Source: a candidate division FCPU426 bacterium
GTDB lineage: Bacteria > Oederibacteriota > JAAXVQ01 > JAUVAV01
Assembly (NCBI GenBank): GCA_030591525.1
Contig: JAUVAV010000009.1
Location: forward strand, 16,805 to 80,804
Direction: 5' to 3'
Length of the DNA stretch: 64,000 bases
Both the position numbers and the translations under genes were made by a program. This document shows positions 49,862 to 61,653 of this stretch, piece after piece (the first letter of the stretch is position 1; each line of letters begins with the position of its first letter). A model generated the notes under the pieces. The model was not told the origin of the DNA. It ran no database searches and saw only the letters and a list, made by a program, of their open reading frames with translations.

Positions 49862-50785
49862 TTAAATCAACTCTTTTATTTTTACAATTTTTTTCGCATT
49901 TATATCAACCACATCCATATTCGCTATGGTTTTAATTCTGTCCTCTTTTGAAATATAGGTTAAATTTCCTTTTTCATTCCGAGCCTCTCTAATTTTACTT
50001 ATAACATATCCTTCTTTTACCGAAAATTTCCTGAACCCTTGTGATACATCCTTTCGCACAAAGAAGGCATTGCTACCGGAGCTGTTGGATCCGACAAAGT
50101 CATACCCTTTCTCTTCCGCCAACTGGCACAAGGCTTTCAAAGAAGCCCCAAAGTATAAATTCGAAAAATGAGCATGCGTTCTATTAAAGTTTTTATTATA
50201 TGGTACCGTCAGGGCATAATCCGCTCCCAAAATGCTGTTATATTCGCAAACCACAATTCTAGGACTTACAACTTCTATGGATTGCCATATCCAATAGTCA
50301 TTCCCATCCAAATCGATACTCATAATTCCTATGTCACCGCATATTTTATTATCTTCAATAATAGTATTTATGTTTTCCTTGGTTATAAATTCACAAACCG
50401 CATTCAATTCATACCGCCAATAAATGGGATCGTTTTTAATATATTCAACATACCTTTTATCACCATCGATAACTAACCCCGAATAATTATCGTTTATCAG
50501 AAGATATCTGGTATTGGATTCCGTATAATTCTCCACACCAAACTCCACGAATATTTTATTAGGAATAGGTATTCGGCTTATCAAATATTGAATAATGCCG
50601 TCTTCACCGCATTGCGAAAACACTTTAAATTCAGCAGCTTCCAGGGATTCAACCCGACCCATAGATTTTATTCTTTGTATATTCAATGCTCCTAATAAAA
50701 CAGCGTTTGTTGCTTGTTGATTTTCCAGTCTATCCAGCATGCTTTTTCTGTATCGTTGATATATTTGTTTAATCATCTCACGCAT
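49862..50785 (-). CDS. Conserved hypothetical protein, methyltransferase-like, typical of glycan loci
   Basis: KVFSQCGEDGII, FVEFG, SIDLDGNDYWIW and GASLKAL; AGGAGAG RBS before ATG 50785. Confidence 0.7.
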   Translation of the reverse strand: MREMIKQIYQRYRKSMLDRLENQQATNAVLLGALNIQRIKSMGRVESLEAAEFKVFSQCGEDGIIQYLISRIPIPNKIFVEFGVENYTESNTRYLLINDNYSGLVIDGDKRYVEYIKNDPIYWRYELNAVCEFITKENINTIIEDNKICGDIGIMSIDLDGNDYWIWQSIEVVSPRIVVCEYNSILGADYALTVPYNKNFNRTHAHFSNLYFGASLKALCQLAEEKGYDFVGSNSSGSNAFFVRKDVSQGFRKFSVKEGYVISKIREARNEKGNLTYISKEDRIKTIANMDVVDINAKKIVKIKELI

Positions 50786-51008
50786 AACAATCTCTCCTTT
50801 GGTGCACTTGGACATCCCTTTACCCGCTATTTTGCCTTGACTGCTGAATATTTGATGCTCAAATAATATCTTTATAACGTTTTCACGAATGGTTTTTTCT
50901 TTCCCAGACTTTTTTCTTCCCCCTATAAATTCCCGTTACAGCATTTTAATAGTTTTTGCGTCCGATCATAATATGCAGCCAGGGACATTAATTTGTCCCT
51001 TTTGGAAT

Positions 51009-52217
51009 TCATGTCCGCTTCAAAGTATACAGCATTTTTTTATAAAATTCCTCAAGTCTCAGACTTAAACGATCCCAAGCTAAGACTTCTTCCGCTACCT
51101 TTCGCGCCACTTTCCCCATTTCCCGGTTTTTAGCTGAATCCAGCAGTAGCACTATCAGGGCCTTCGCGAATTGCCGAGCGTCCTGTTCCACCGCAATTCC
51201 CATGGGATATTCTTTAAACAGATATTTCATTTCACCTACCGCGGATGTTACGATCGGCCGCCCGGCCGCCATATATTCTCCAATTTTATTCGGCCAGCGC
51301 GCCTGATTTCCTTCCGTATCGCGCATCGGAAGCGCACAAACATCTGCGCATGCCAAAATCGAGGATAAATCACTATATTTGAATATATCTGTCTCTATAA
51401 TATTCTTTTCAATCCCCAATTCATATGCTTGTCTGCGCATTTTTTTATTCTTAGGCCCGGCCAGCAACAAAAGACTCTGCACTTCCTTTTTAGCTACTAT
51501 GGCAAAGGCCTCCAGCAGGATATCTAAATCCGCTTGATTTGTTCCCATGAATACTATTACTTTAGCTTGGGGATCAATTTTCCATCGCCGGCGCGCCTTT
51601 TTTTTATCTTCCACGCGTATAATATCTACTGGCGCGCCACCAGGAAGATAAAGTATTTTATCTTGGCTGATTCCAAGTCGCAGGGTTCTCTCCTTGAGTT
51701 TTTGAGAAATAACTGTGACCCCATGACTTTTAATTCTCACATTATCTTCCTGCCGGGAAATCATTTTTTTTACCCAAGGATATCTCCCCCATCTCGGGCC
51801 TAGTCCTCCCCGGCTGTACCAGTCGCACCAATCCGATAGTACCACGGTTTTTTTTCGGGAATTCGTCAGCCTAATGGGTATTCTAATATTGGGAAAGAAT
51901 TCAAATCCATGTATAACATCAAACTTATTTTGGCTGATCAATTTAATCCTTCCCAGTATATCCAGGGGGCCGGTTCCTTGGCCGGGCAGATCATGCAGTA
52001 AATTTGGTCCCTCCCAAATATCCACTCCCTCTTCTTGCAAGCTATGCGAAATCCAACGCGCGTCACAGGAAACAGCTGCCAGGGTTACGTCATGCTTTAG
52101 CTTTACCAGCCCCCGCGCCAGGAATTTCAAGCGCCAATAGGTTCCGTAAAACCGTTTTTGATGACCCAGCAAAAGAATTTTCACCGGCAGCTCTTTTTCT
52201 TCCGCATATTTCTTCAA
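51009..52217 (-). CDS. Glycosyltransferase family 4
   Basis: DWCDWYSRGG and RWPNKIGEYMAAGRP. Confidence 0.88.
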   Translation of the reverse strand: MKKYAEEKELPVKILLLGHQKRFYGTYWRLKFLARGLVKLKHDVTLAAVSCDARWISHSLQEEGVDIWEGPNLLHDLPGQGTGPLDILGRIKLISQNKFDVIHGFEFFPNIRIPIRLTNSRKKTVVLSDWCDWYSRGGLGPRWGRYPWVKKMISRQEDNVRIKSHGVTVISQKLKERTLRLGISQDKILYLPGGAPVDIIRVEDKKKARRRWKIDPQAKVIVFMGTNQADLDILLEAFAIVAKKEVQSLLLLAGPKNKKMRRQAYELGIEKNIIETDIFKYSDLSSILACADVCALPMRDTEGNQARWPNKIGEYMAAGRPIVTSAVGEMKYLFKEYPMGIAVEQDARQFAKALIVLLLDSAKNREMGKVARKVAEEVLAWDRLSLRLEEFYKKMLYTLKRT

Positions 52218-53668
52218 TCCACTTTCACGGCATCATCTTTTCTGCCGGCTAAGATTTTTTTTATCATCTCCAGGTCTTGTTTATTTATCCCCTTTATGAC
52301 GAGAATAATTAAAGTGTAAATTAAAATCCCCAGTATAATATTTATGAAAATATTGTACTGGGTTCGGGCAAAATAAATTCCCCCTCCCATTATCAGGCAT
52401 GCGATCAAAGGCCGAAATACTTTGGAAAATATTTGGGAGAGATGCGCAATATTTCTTATGCCATATGCAAAATATAGAGCTAAGATTATAGCCGAGACCA
52501 CGCTGGCGCATGCGGCGCCCGCTAATCCCCAGAGTGGAATCCACCACGCATTTAAGCAAATATTTATAAGCGCCGTAACGGCCACCATTATCATACGGCC
52601 TTGCTGTTTCCCTGAGGCCGTCAAGGCAGTACCAAATAAAAATGCCGCATATCTAAAGGGCATCATAATCGCCAATATTTTCAAAACCCGTCCGGCTGCA
52701 GCATATTCAGCTCCGAACAGGTACAATATAATACTATCACTTAAAAACCATGTTCCCACTGCCAATGGCAAACTCAACATGAAAAGGTAACCCGAACTTT
52801 TCGATAGTATTTTAGATACCGTTGCTGGCGCATCCCCATACATCCGACTCAAAGTAGGAAAAAGCGCGCTGACAAACAGCAAAGGCGCTGCCTCGGTAAA
52901 TTGGATCAATTTCATGGCGGACTGGTACAATCCGACCGAATGTTCACCATGATAAAATGAAAGCATTATTATATCCGTGTGAAAATAAATTACATCACTT
53001 AAAAAATACAGACCAAACGGTAAAGTCTTGATGAGGAATGTTTTTATCTCTCTCCCTTCGATCTTAACCAGACGTAGATGAAATTTGCGCCTGAGTAAAT
53101 GCCAGGCAAAAAAAATCCCAAAAATACCCGCACTCATATGGCCTAACAGCAGAACTGGCGCGGAACGAATACCGATTATCAATAGCATCCCTATAAAGCA
53201 AAAAACCAGGCTCATATGCAGCACCATATTAAGTGAGATATATTCCATCCGCTCCTGCCCGCCAAATATTGCATTAGCGTATTCAATATATCCGAGCAGC
53301 AGGTAGGCAAAAGCGGCGACCCAAATGGCTTTTTGCATCTGTGCCGGATAGCAATATCCCACGCCTATCACTAAGCAAGTCATGCCGATTATTGATATCA
53401 CTATCTTTAAAACCAACCCCTGGGTAAAAATTCTCGAAGACTTCTCGGGGTTTTTTGCCACTTCATAAGCAGCCCTAAAGCTGATCCCAAAATCATTGAC
53501 AACACGGAAAATCCCGCCGATGGTAACCGCCAAAGCATATACTCCAAAGGCTTTTACGCCTAACGCGCGAGCAATCCATACGGTGAGCGCCATAAGCATA
53601 AAACCACGTAATATCCTATCCAAAAAAAGATAGAATGTGTTTCTAGCCACCAGCCTTGATTTGCTCAT
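52214..53668 (-). CDS. wzx: Second Wzx-type flippase
   Basis: VARNTFYL, ARALG..FG, DFGI and WIPLWGLAGAA; many TM segments. Confidence 0.88.
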   Translation of the reverse strand: MSKSRLVARNTFYLFLDRILRGFMLMALTVWIARALGVKAFGVYALAVTIGGIFRVVNDFGISFRAAYEVAKNPEKSSRIFTQGLVLKIVISIIGMTCLVIGVGYCYPAQMQKAIWVAAFAYLLLGYIEYANAIFGGQERMEYISLNMVLHMSLVFCFIGMLLIIGIRSAPVLLLGHMSAGIFGIFFAWHLLRRKFHLRLVKIEGREIKTFLIKTLPFGLYFLSDVIYFHTDIIMLSFYHGEHSVGLYQSAMKLIQFTEAAPLLFVSALFPTLSRMYGDAPATVSKILSKSSGYLFMLSLPLAVGTWFLSDSIILYLFGAEYAAAGRVLKILAIMMPFRYAAFLFGTALTASGKQQGRMIMVAVTALINICLNAWWIPLWGLAGAACASVVSAIILALYFAYGIRNIAHLSQIFSKVFRPLIACLIMGGGIYFARTQYNIFINIILGILIYTLIILVIKGINKQDLEMIKKILAGRKDDAVKVD

Positions 53669-53868
53669 TTTCCCTTCCCAATAATCTCTCTTTAGTATGC
53701 ATCACCCTGCAGTCCTGCATAAAATCATTCAGTACCGGCAAGCTGCAAGTGATAAAACAGTCCTGATTTCCCCTATATCATACCCTGCATTCATATCATC
53801 TTCGCTAAATACTTCGCAGTTTAAATTTATACAGGACAGACAATCCGGGGTGCCTTTAGCAAAAGAGT

Positions 53869-54026
53869 ATTCAATTTCCCCGCTCTGAAGAGCGGGGAAT
53901 TGGATATGATCTGTAGAAAACCATTATTACTATCCCGCTTCATCCCCGGCTTAAACATGCATATCAATAATAATCTTCATCTCATGTCACAAAGTCAAGC
54001 CGGGGAATTCGCGGTTAACATATTAA
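53869..54026 (-). repeat. Two-hairpin element, copy 3 (inverted)
   Basis: Same hairpins and spacer as copies 1 and 2; hairpin 1 has a 44-nt loop (53953-53996). Confidence 0.82.
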
Positions 54027-54065
54027 ATTTGTTCTGATGATAAACCAAATTGAGGGATGTGTTGA

Positions 54066-55427
54066 TTAGGCCTCCCGGGAGTTTAGAGCGTCCGTGCTTT
54101 CTCTACGATAAAGCAGCGTTGCGAACAATCCTAAAAAAATAAACATAATTAGCGGAGTACGGGTATTTGCAAACAAATAAGTTCCCCAGATAAAAGAACC
54201 CAGCATCCCAAAAATAATCGAAAAAATACCAATGACAAGGGCTCTATGCCTAAGATCAGTTATTCGTGAAATCCTTGACAATCCATAAGCAATAAAAGCA
54301 ATCCATATTAGGAGAAATGTCAAAAGCCCGAAGATTCCCATTTTAAGCCAAATATGCAAATAAATATTATGCACAATATTAGGGATGATATTTTCTGCGC
54401 CAACCCCATGCTTGGATTTCATTCGGATGAATCCATTTCCAAAGCCCACTCCCATCCAGGGATGCTGCTTTATCGTTAAAAACGCATCATAAATATCATA
54501 GAGGTGAAAAGGATTGGTATCAATCCTGGTATTGGTAAATGACCCGATACGTTTGATTACCGGTTGTACGCTTTTTCCGCCAACTCCCGATAAAAGTCCT
54601 ATGCTTATAGTAAATATCATTACTATGGTCACAAATATAAAACGCATTTTTTGTTTTAGATTCAAGCACATAAACATGGCAAATATTGCCACTCCCATGA
54701 ATAACCACACATTGCGCCGCATGGAAATTATTACGCTATATGCCATGGGCAGACAGGCAACACCCCTCAGCTTAGTTGCAGCCTTAATTGGCCGCACCAT
54801 CAGGAATTCTGCTATGCTTATCACAATCAGCGCGGCAAAAAGCATGTTTTCTCCTGAATCCCAGAAGATAATAGGTGTTTGCAAAGTCGCATGAATCTGT
54901 CCCTGCCCCAACCAATAATTCCCAACCCCTATACAAGCCCGCAGGGTCGCTAAAATAATAATCCAATTCAATAATCTTTTAACTTTTTCCGTAGAATCTA
55001 TAATATTAGGAACTAATATTAGCAATAACAGGGTTAGAAATAGTGCCCGCCATTCCCCATAACCAAAAGCCGCCCGAGGAGATGCACCCCGCAAAAAACC
55101 GTGAAAAGCAGCTAGTATCATTAGTAAAAGAAAAATGAAGACAATTCCGCTATATGGCGGTATCCAAATTTTATTTCTGCTTAATATTTTACGGTTTATT
55201 AGTACGGTAATTAGCAATGAATAGATCAAGACTTCCATGATGTGAATATTTATAAAATCTATATTATAAAAGGTCCAGGCTTCGTGAAGACCGGGATGCC
55301 ATCCTTCCCCAAAAAAAATGGCTATTCCCGCTATCACGGCCAAGCCCCATTCTGATTTGGTAATAAAAACCGGAAGTAAAATCAAGGGAAGAGCAAAAAA
55401 TATTATAGTATCCAAACTACCCCCCAA
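54066..55427 (-). CDS. O-antigen ligase/Wzy polymerase-family protein (5' end possibly interrupted)
   Basis: HPWMGVGFG and VHNIYLHIWLKMGIFGL; lies between wzz and wzx; an in-frame ATG at 55490 is separated from it by TGA at 55431-55433. Confidence 0.78.
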   Translation of the reverse strand: MGGSLDTIIFFALPLILLPVFITKSEWGLAVIAGIAIFFGEGWHPGLHEAWTFYNIDFINIHIMEVLIYSLLITVLINRKILSRNKIWIPPYSGIVFIFLLLMILAAFHGFLRGASPRAAFGYGEWRALFLTLLLLILVPNIIDSTEKVKRLLNWIIILATLRACIGVGNYWLGQGQIHATLQTPIIFWDSGENMLFAALIVISIAEFLMVRPIKAATKLRGVACLPMAYSVIISMRRNVWLFMGVAIFAMFMCLNLKQKMRFIFVTIVMIFTISIGLLSGVGGKSVQPVIKRIGSFTNTRIDTNPFHLYDIYDAFLTIKQHPWMGVGFGNGFIRMKSKHGVGAENIIPNIVHNIYLHIWLKMGIFGLLTFLLIWIAFIAYGLSRISRITDLRHRALVIGIFSIIFGMLGSFIWGTYLFANTRTPLIMFIFLGLFATLLYRRESTDALNSREA

Positions 55428-55479
55428 TACTCAGATATATTGGGCTTGAGATATTACTTTTGGAATACCTTGACTAAGC

Positions 55480-56241
55480 CTAAGCAACATTATTTACTCC
55501 GCGCATTTCCTTTAGAAAAGCGATAAACATCGCTAATAATATTCCTCCGCCAAAACTAATTGCCAATAAAACCACGGGCCATTTAAAATTTACTTTTGGA
55601 TCCAGGCTAGGGTTGATAATTCTTGAAGAAAATATAATTTGGTTTTTAATTATGTTTTTATATTGAGTTAGTTTATTCTGTAATTCCCAGAGATAATCTT
55701 TTCTTTCCAGAACAACACTCTTGCCTTCAATATTTAATTTCCAGAGCGGATCCTTTGCGTCTCCTGGTTGTCGCTGTTCAAGTTTTTTTATTTCTTCTTT
55801 AACACCTGAAATTTTATTTTCCAGTTCTTGCAGGTAGGCAAGAAAACTCCCTTCCGCTCTTGCATATTTTTCTTGATGCTTAATAAGTATATCTTCCTTT
55901 ATTCCTTTTATCTGACGACTTATCTCCCCTTTCTTAAAACTTCCCAAATTAATCTGAATGATGGGCGCCGGAGATAAGGCGACTACATTGTCAATCTCAT
56001 AAATATTTTTTAGTCGTTCCACAATTGCCTGTGGTTCTTCTATAAACACGGTTTTAGGCGTTGTGTCTCCAATCTCGCAAATTTTGCCAATCTCAATAAA
56101 CAACTCGAGTTTATACATTCTGGGGCCCAATAAAATAATTAGCAGGGCCACAAACATGCTTATCGCAGGTATAGAAAAAACCAAGACACGTCTTTTCCAA
56201 AAAAGCTGTAAGTAATCCTGTAAATCCGCTTCTTTTTCCAC
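55480..56241 (-). CDS. wzz: Wzz-like chain-length determinant
   Basis: EADLQDYLQLFWKRR, N- and C-terminal TM segments, central coiled coil; GTG start with AGGAGG RBS. Confidence 0.75.
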   Translation of the reverse strand: MEKEADLQDYLQLFWKRRVLVFSIPAISMFVALLIILLGPRMYKLELFIEIGKICEIGDTTPKTVFIEEPQAIVERLKNIYEIDNVVALSPAPIIQINLGSFKKGEISRQIKGIKEDILIKHQEKYARAEGSFLAYLQELENKISGVKEEIKKLEQRQPGDAKDPLWKLNIEGKSVVLERKDYLWELQNKLTQYKNIIKNQIIFSSRIINPSLDPKVNFKWPVVLLAISFGGGILLAMFIAFLKEMRGVNNVA

Positions 56242-56258
56242 ACTTCCTCCTTGGACTG

Positions 56259-57221
<963 letters not shown>

Positions 57222-57316
57222 TCAACCCTCCTCCTTTTTTGCCTTAAATTTCTGTTATCAACAACTAAGAATTAGATTCCAAATTGCGTGTATTATTACA
57301 AATTTTTTAATAAAAG

Positions 57317-58288
57317 TCAAATTTTCGTATGTTTTGCAGTAATTATCTTCTTTCTCCAGTAAGTTAATGTATCTCGAAGGGTCTGTTCCAGGTGTATGCT
57401 TGGCTGCCAGCCGGTTTGACGCCGGAACTTGGAGTAATCGCCATAAAAAGCGGAATTCTCGCCCTTTCTTACTCGGCCGGGCATACGATGGACCTTAATT
57501 TCTTTGTTGGACTGTGCCAGCAGCCCGTTTAATAAGCTTTTAACCGTGATGGCTTGACCCGAACCCAGATTATAAACCTCCCCGGGCCGGCCTTTTTGCA
57601 AGGCCAGCCAATAACCTCTGACGATATCGCGTACATCCGTAAAATCACGGCTGACTTCCAGATGACCGACCTGGATAACCGGCGCTTGCCGGCCGATTTC
57701 AATCTCGGCAATCTGGCGGGCAAAGTCCGCACAAACAAAGGCCGGGGACTGGCGGGGCCCGATATGATTAAATGGCCGGACGCGAATTACGTGAAGTTTA
57801 TAGGTTTTATGGTAATACTCTCCCATGAGATCCTGGCAAACTTTTGAAATTCCATAGGGATTCCCGGGGTTTAGCGGCTGGGATTCCTTTAGGGGCAAGT
57901 CCCGGGGCCTGACCCGGCCGTACTCATTGGCCGAGCCTACTACTAAGATCCGTGGTGAATAGCCGCGAAATCTGCAGGCTTCCAAAATATTCAGGTTGCC
58001 TAGAATATTGACGGACAAGGTCTGTTCCGCTATCTCCGAACTGGCAAATACATTGCTTTGGCCGGCCAGATGAAAAATTCTTTCCGGACTTAGGCGCCGG
58101 ATCAGGCGACTGGTCCTGGAAGCATTACGAATATCCAGCGGGTGGGTTTTAATCCCGCGCAAACCGGCCAGGTTGGTTCTGGCAGCGCCCGGAAATATGG
58201 TTCCATGAACTTCCGCTCCCCTGGCCAGGGCATACTCCGCCAGATGGCTGCCGACAAATCCTTCCGTACCCGTAATTAAAATTCGCAT
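57317..58288 (-). CDS. GDP-4-keto-6-deoxy-D-mannose reductase (Rmd)-like SDR
   Basis: TGTEGFVG, HLAGQS, PYGISK, RPFNHIGPRQS and RDFTDVRD. Confidence 0.72.
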   Translation of the reverse strand: MRILITGTEGFVGSHLAEYALARGAEVHGTIFPGAARTNLAGLRGIKTHPLDIRNASRTSRLIRRLSPERIFHLAGQSNVFASSEIAEQTLSVNILGNLNILEACRFRGYSPRILVVGSANEYGRVRPRDLPLKESQPLNPGNPYGISKVCQDLMGEYYHKTYKLHVIRVRPFNHIGPRQSPAFVCADFARQIAEIEIGRQAPVIQVGHLEVSRDFTDVRDIVRGYWLALQKGRPGEVYNLGSGQAITVKSLLNGLLAQSNKEIKVHRMPGRVRKGENSAFYGDYSKFRRQTGWQPSIHLEQTLRDTLTYWRKKIITAKHTKI

Positions 58289-58344
58289 GAATGCCTCATA
58301 GTGTTTTTTATCCCTCTAAATCTGTGGTATTTCAACCACGGGCC

Positions 58345-58372
58345 GTAGGGGCGACGCATGCGTCGCCCCTAC
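58345..58372. repeat. GTAG-type REP-like palindrome
   Basis: GTAGGGGCGACGCATGCGTCGCCCCTAC, a perfect 28-bp palindrome. Confidence 0.9.
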
Positions 58373-58410
58373 AAAATCCGGTCTAGTAAACAGCTAATAT
58401 ATTTCCCTAT

Positions 58411-59448
58411 TTAACCTGAATCATCTGCCGGTATGGCCGGTACTTTGGCCGGCATATCTTCTTCCGGATTTTCCGGATGCTGGTAAGCCTTGCTCATGGA
58501 AACATTCAACTGGATACTGAAAATCCACCCCAGCGCCAGGGTTAGCATATATTGGAGCATGTGAAATGTAAAACCTACGCCCAGGGCGGTTTCTTTTTCC
58601 ACCCCGTATGGCGTCAAGGCCAGGATTACCATGAATTCAAATACGCCCAAGCCTCCGGGTGAAGAAGGAATCATGAGACCAAAATTCAGCACTACGATCA
58701 AAAATATCGCGGCCCAAAATGGAAGCTCTAATCCCAGAGCTTTAAAACATATATAGGCAACACTTATCCAGCAAAACCAGGTCAGGAGCGCCAGAATTAC
58801 TATTCTGGTAAATTGCCCCGGCTTTTCAATAAGTTTTAATCCTTCCAGAAACTTGCCCAGTTGAATATGCAGCCACTCCCCCATCTGGCCGGGAAGCTTT
58901 TGCAATGGCTTCTCCAGCATCTCAATTAAATGGCCGCCATAGCGGTAGTTTAATATCACTACCAGGGCAAAGATTATTCCTACCCCGGCCAGAATTAGTC
59001 CCGATAATTTTAACCAACCTTCAAAGGGAATGATAAACATCATCAATGAAAAATAAAAGAGCAGGGCGAATAAATCCATGCCCCGCTCAATAACCACAGT
59101 TGCGAAGGCCTGGCTGGCCGGGAGTTTTTCCCGTTTCCCCAGCAGCCAAACCCGAATGATTTCCCCCAGTTTGAGGGGCAGAATATTATTCGCAAAATAG
59201 CCGATGGTTATAATACGAAAGAGGTTCCATTGACTGGTCGAATATTTCCGAAGTAGCTGCTGCCAGAGGAGGGTGCGTAAATAATAGATCAGTAAGATCA
59301 ATATCCCACCGGCGATTAGCCAGCCTATTTTTATTTGTGAAAAAGTGTGCAACAACTTTTTGAAATCAATATTATACAGCGCCAGCCCAATAAATAACAG
59401 GCTGATCAGGATGCCAATGGTTATTTTAACGCCTTTTTTTTTGATCAT
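58411..59448 (-). CDS. Lysylphosphatidylglycerol-synthase TM (flippase-like) membrane protein
   Basis: GYFANNILPLKLGE, VVIERGMD and IPSSPGGLGVFE. Confidence 0.85.
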   Translation of the reverse strand: MIKKKGVKITIGILISLLFIGLALYNIDFKKLLHTFSQIKIGWLIAGGILILLIYYLRTLLWQQLLRKYSTSQWNLFRIITIGYFANNILPLKLGEIIRVWLLGKREKLPASQAFATVVIERGMDLFALLFYFSLMMFIIPFEGWLKLSGLILAGVGIIFALVVILNYRYGGHLIEMLEKPLQKLPGQMGEWLHIQLGKFLEGLKLIEKPGQFTRIVILALLTWFCWISVAYICFKALGLELPFWAAIFLIVVLNFGLMIPSSPGGLGVFEFMVILALTPYGVEKETALGVGFTFHMLQYMLTLALGWIFSIQLNVSMSKAYQHPENPEEDMPAKVPAIPADDSG

Positions 59449-59548
59449 TGAATATCCTTATCGTACTCGGTAATAAGTTTTATTATTTTCTTATCTCCCT
59501 GGTCTACCTGCTCCCAAAGAGGAACATATTTTTACCGTATACTGATAA

Positions 59549-59576
59549 GTAGGGGCACGGCGCGCCGTGCCCCTAC
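59549..59576. repeat. GTAG-type REP-like palindrome
   Basis: GTAGGGGCACGGCGCGCCGTGCCCCTAC, a perfect palindrome. Confidence 0.9.
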
Positions 59577-59628
59577 TCCAAAGCGGAACTTTAATGTAAG
59601 CTCCTATCAATTTACGCGTATTTCCGAT

Positions 59629-60501
59629 TCAACCAGTTTTCATCTGCTCCATCGTATGATCAAGAGCGGTTGCCAGGTTCCAGAGCTTATGACTTTTCAG
59701 CACAGCCTGGGCTTTCCCGGTTTTCAATCCCCCCACCAGCGGCCGCCTGGCTTTTTGCTTTAATTCAGCGGTCGTGACCGGTTTAACCATACCCGGATCA
59801 TATCCCAGTTTATCCAGCGCTTTTTTAGCAAAATCATACCGCCCTATCCGGGTCGTACCAACCAGGTTGTAAATCCCGGTACATCCGGTCTCTATTAACT
59901 CGCCCAGAGCCTGCGCCAGGTTCTGAGCCTGGGTCGGATTCCCGATCTGATCATCCGGTACGGTGAAGGGCACTCCCCGGGAAGCCCGGTTCAGCAATTG
60001 CATAAAAAAATTCAGCGATCCGGGCAAGTAGGAAAAAACCACGGTCGTCCGGATAATCAGGTGATTTTCCAGGAGCGCGGCCACTACTTTCTCACCGGCC
60101 AGCTTGGTTCGGCCGTACACGGATTCCGGCTCCGGAGAATCCTCTTCACTATACGGCCCCGCTTGTCCATTAAAAACATATTCCGATGAGAAGAACGTCA
60201 AACCTGCATCCACAGCTTTGCAAGCCCGGGCGATGTTTTCCGCTCCTTGAACATTAATGGCTTCTGCTAAGGCAGGTTCCATTTCGCACTGATCTACATT
60301 TGTCAGGGCAGCGGTCAGAAGAACGTGCTGCGGACGAATTTCTGAAATATATTTTTTGGTTGCCCCAGCATCACGGATATCCAGGCCGGGCAGATTGTCA
60401 ACCCCGTTCATTGATGTTCCGGACACTTGATGGGAACCTGCCAACTCACGAAGTAAAAATGTGCCCACTTGCCCTTCCGCGCCGATCACCAGAATTTTCA
60501 T
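59629..60501 (-). CDS. rfbD: dTDP-4-dehydrorhamnose reductase-like
   Basis: GAEGQVG, TNVDQCE, SSEYVF, YGRTKLAGE and DQIGNPT. Confidence 0.78.
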   Translation of the reverse strand: MKILVIGAEGQVGTFLLRELAGSHQVSGTSMNGVDNLPGLDIRDAGATKKYISEIRPQHVLLTAALTNVDQCEMEPALAEAINVQGAENIARACKAVDAGLTFFSSEYVFNGQAGPYSEEDSPEPESVYGRTKLAGEKVVAALLENHLIIRTTVVFSYLPGSLNFFMQLLNRASRGVPFTVPDDQIGNPTQAQNLAQALGELIETGCTGIYNLVGTTRIGRYDFAKKALDKLGYDPGMVKPVTTAELKQKARRPLVGGLKTGKAQAVLKSHKLWNLATALDHTMEQMKTG

Positions 60502-60514
60502 AAAATATCTTCCT

Positions 60515-61558
<1,044 letters not shown>

Positions 61559-61581
61559 TTATTATTATCTAGAAGATAAAT

Positions 61582-61610
61582 GTAGGGGCGGGTTCGAAAC
61601 CCGCCCCTAC
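61582..61610. repeat. GTAG-type REP-like palindrome
   Basis: GTAGGGGCGGGTTCGAAACCCGCCCCTAC. Confidence 0.9.
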
Positions 61611-61653
61611 AACTGCCGATGATACCATAATCAACGGCTAATCTATCACTAAT

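Noticed and set aside
55431..55433. Alternative genetic code (TGA as sense) or selenocysteine
   Set aside because: TGA ends many genes here, including ATGA overlaps, and the context is not a redox site.
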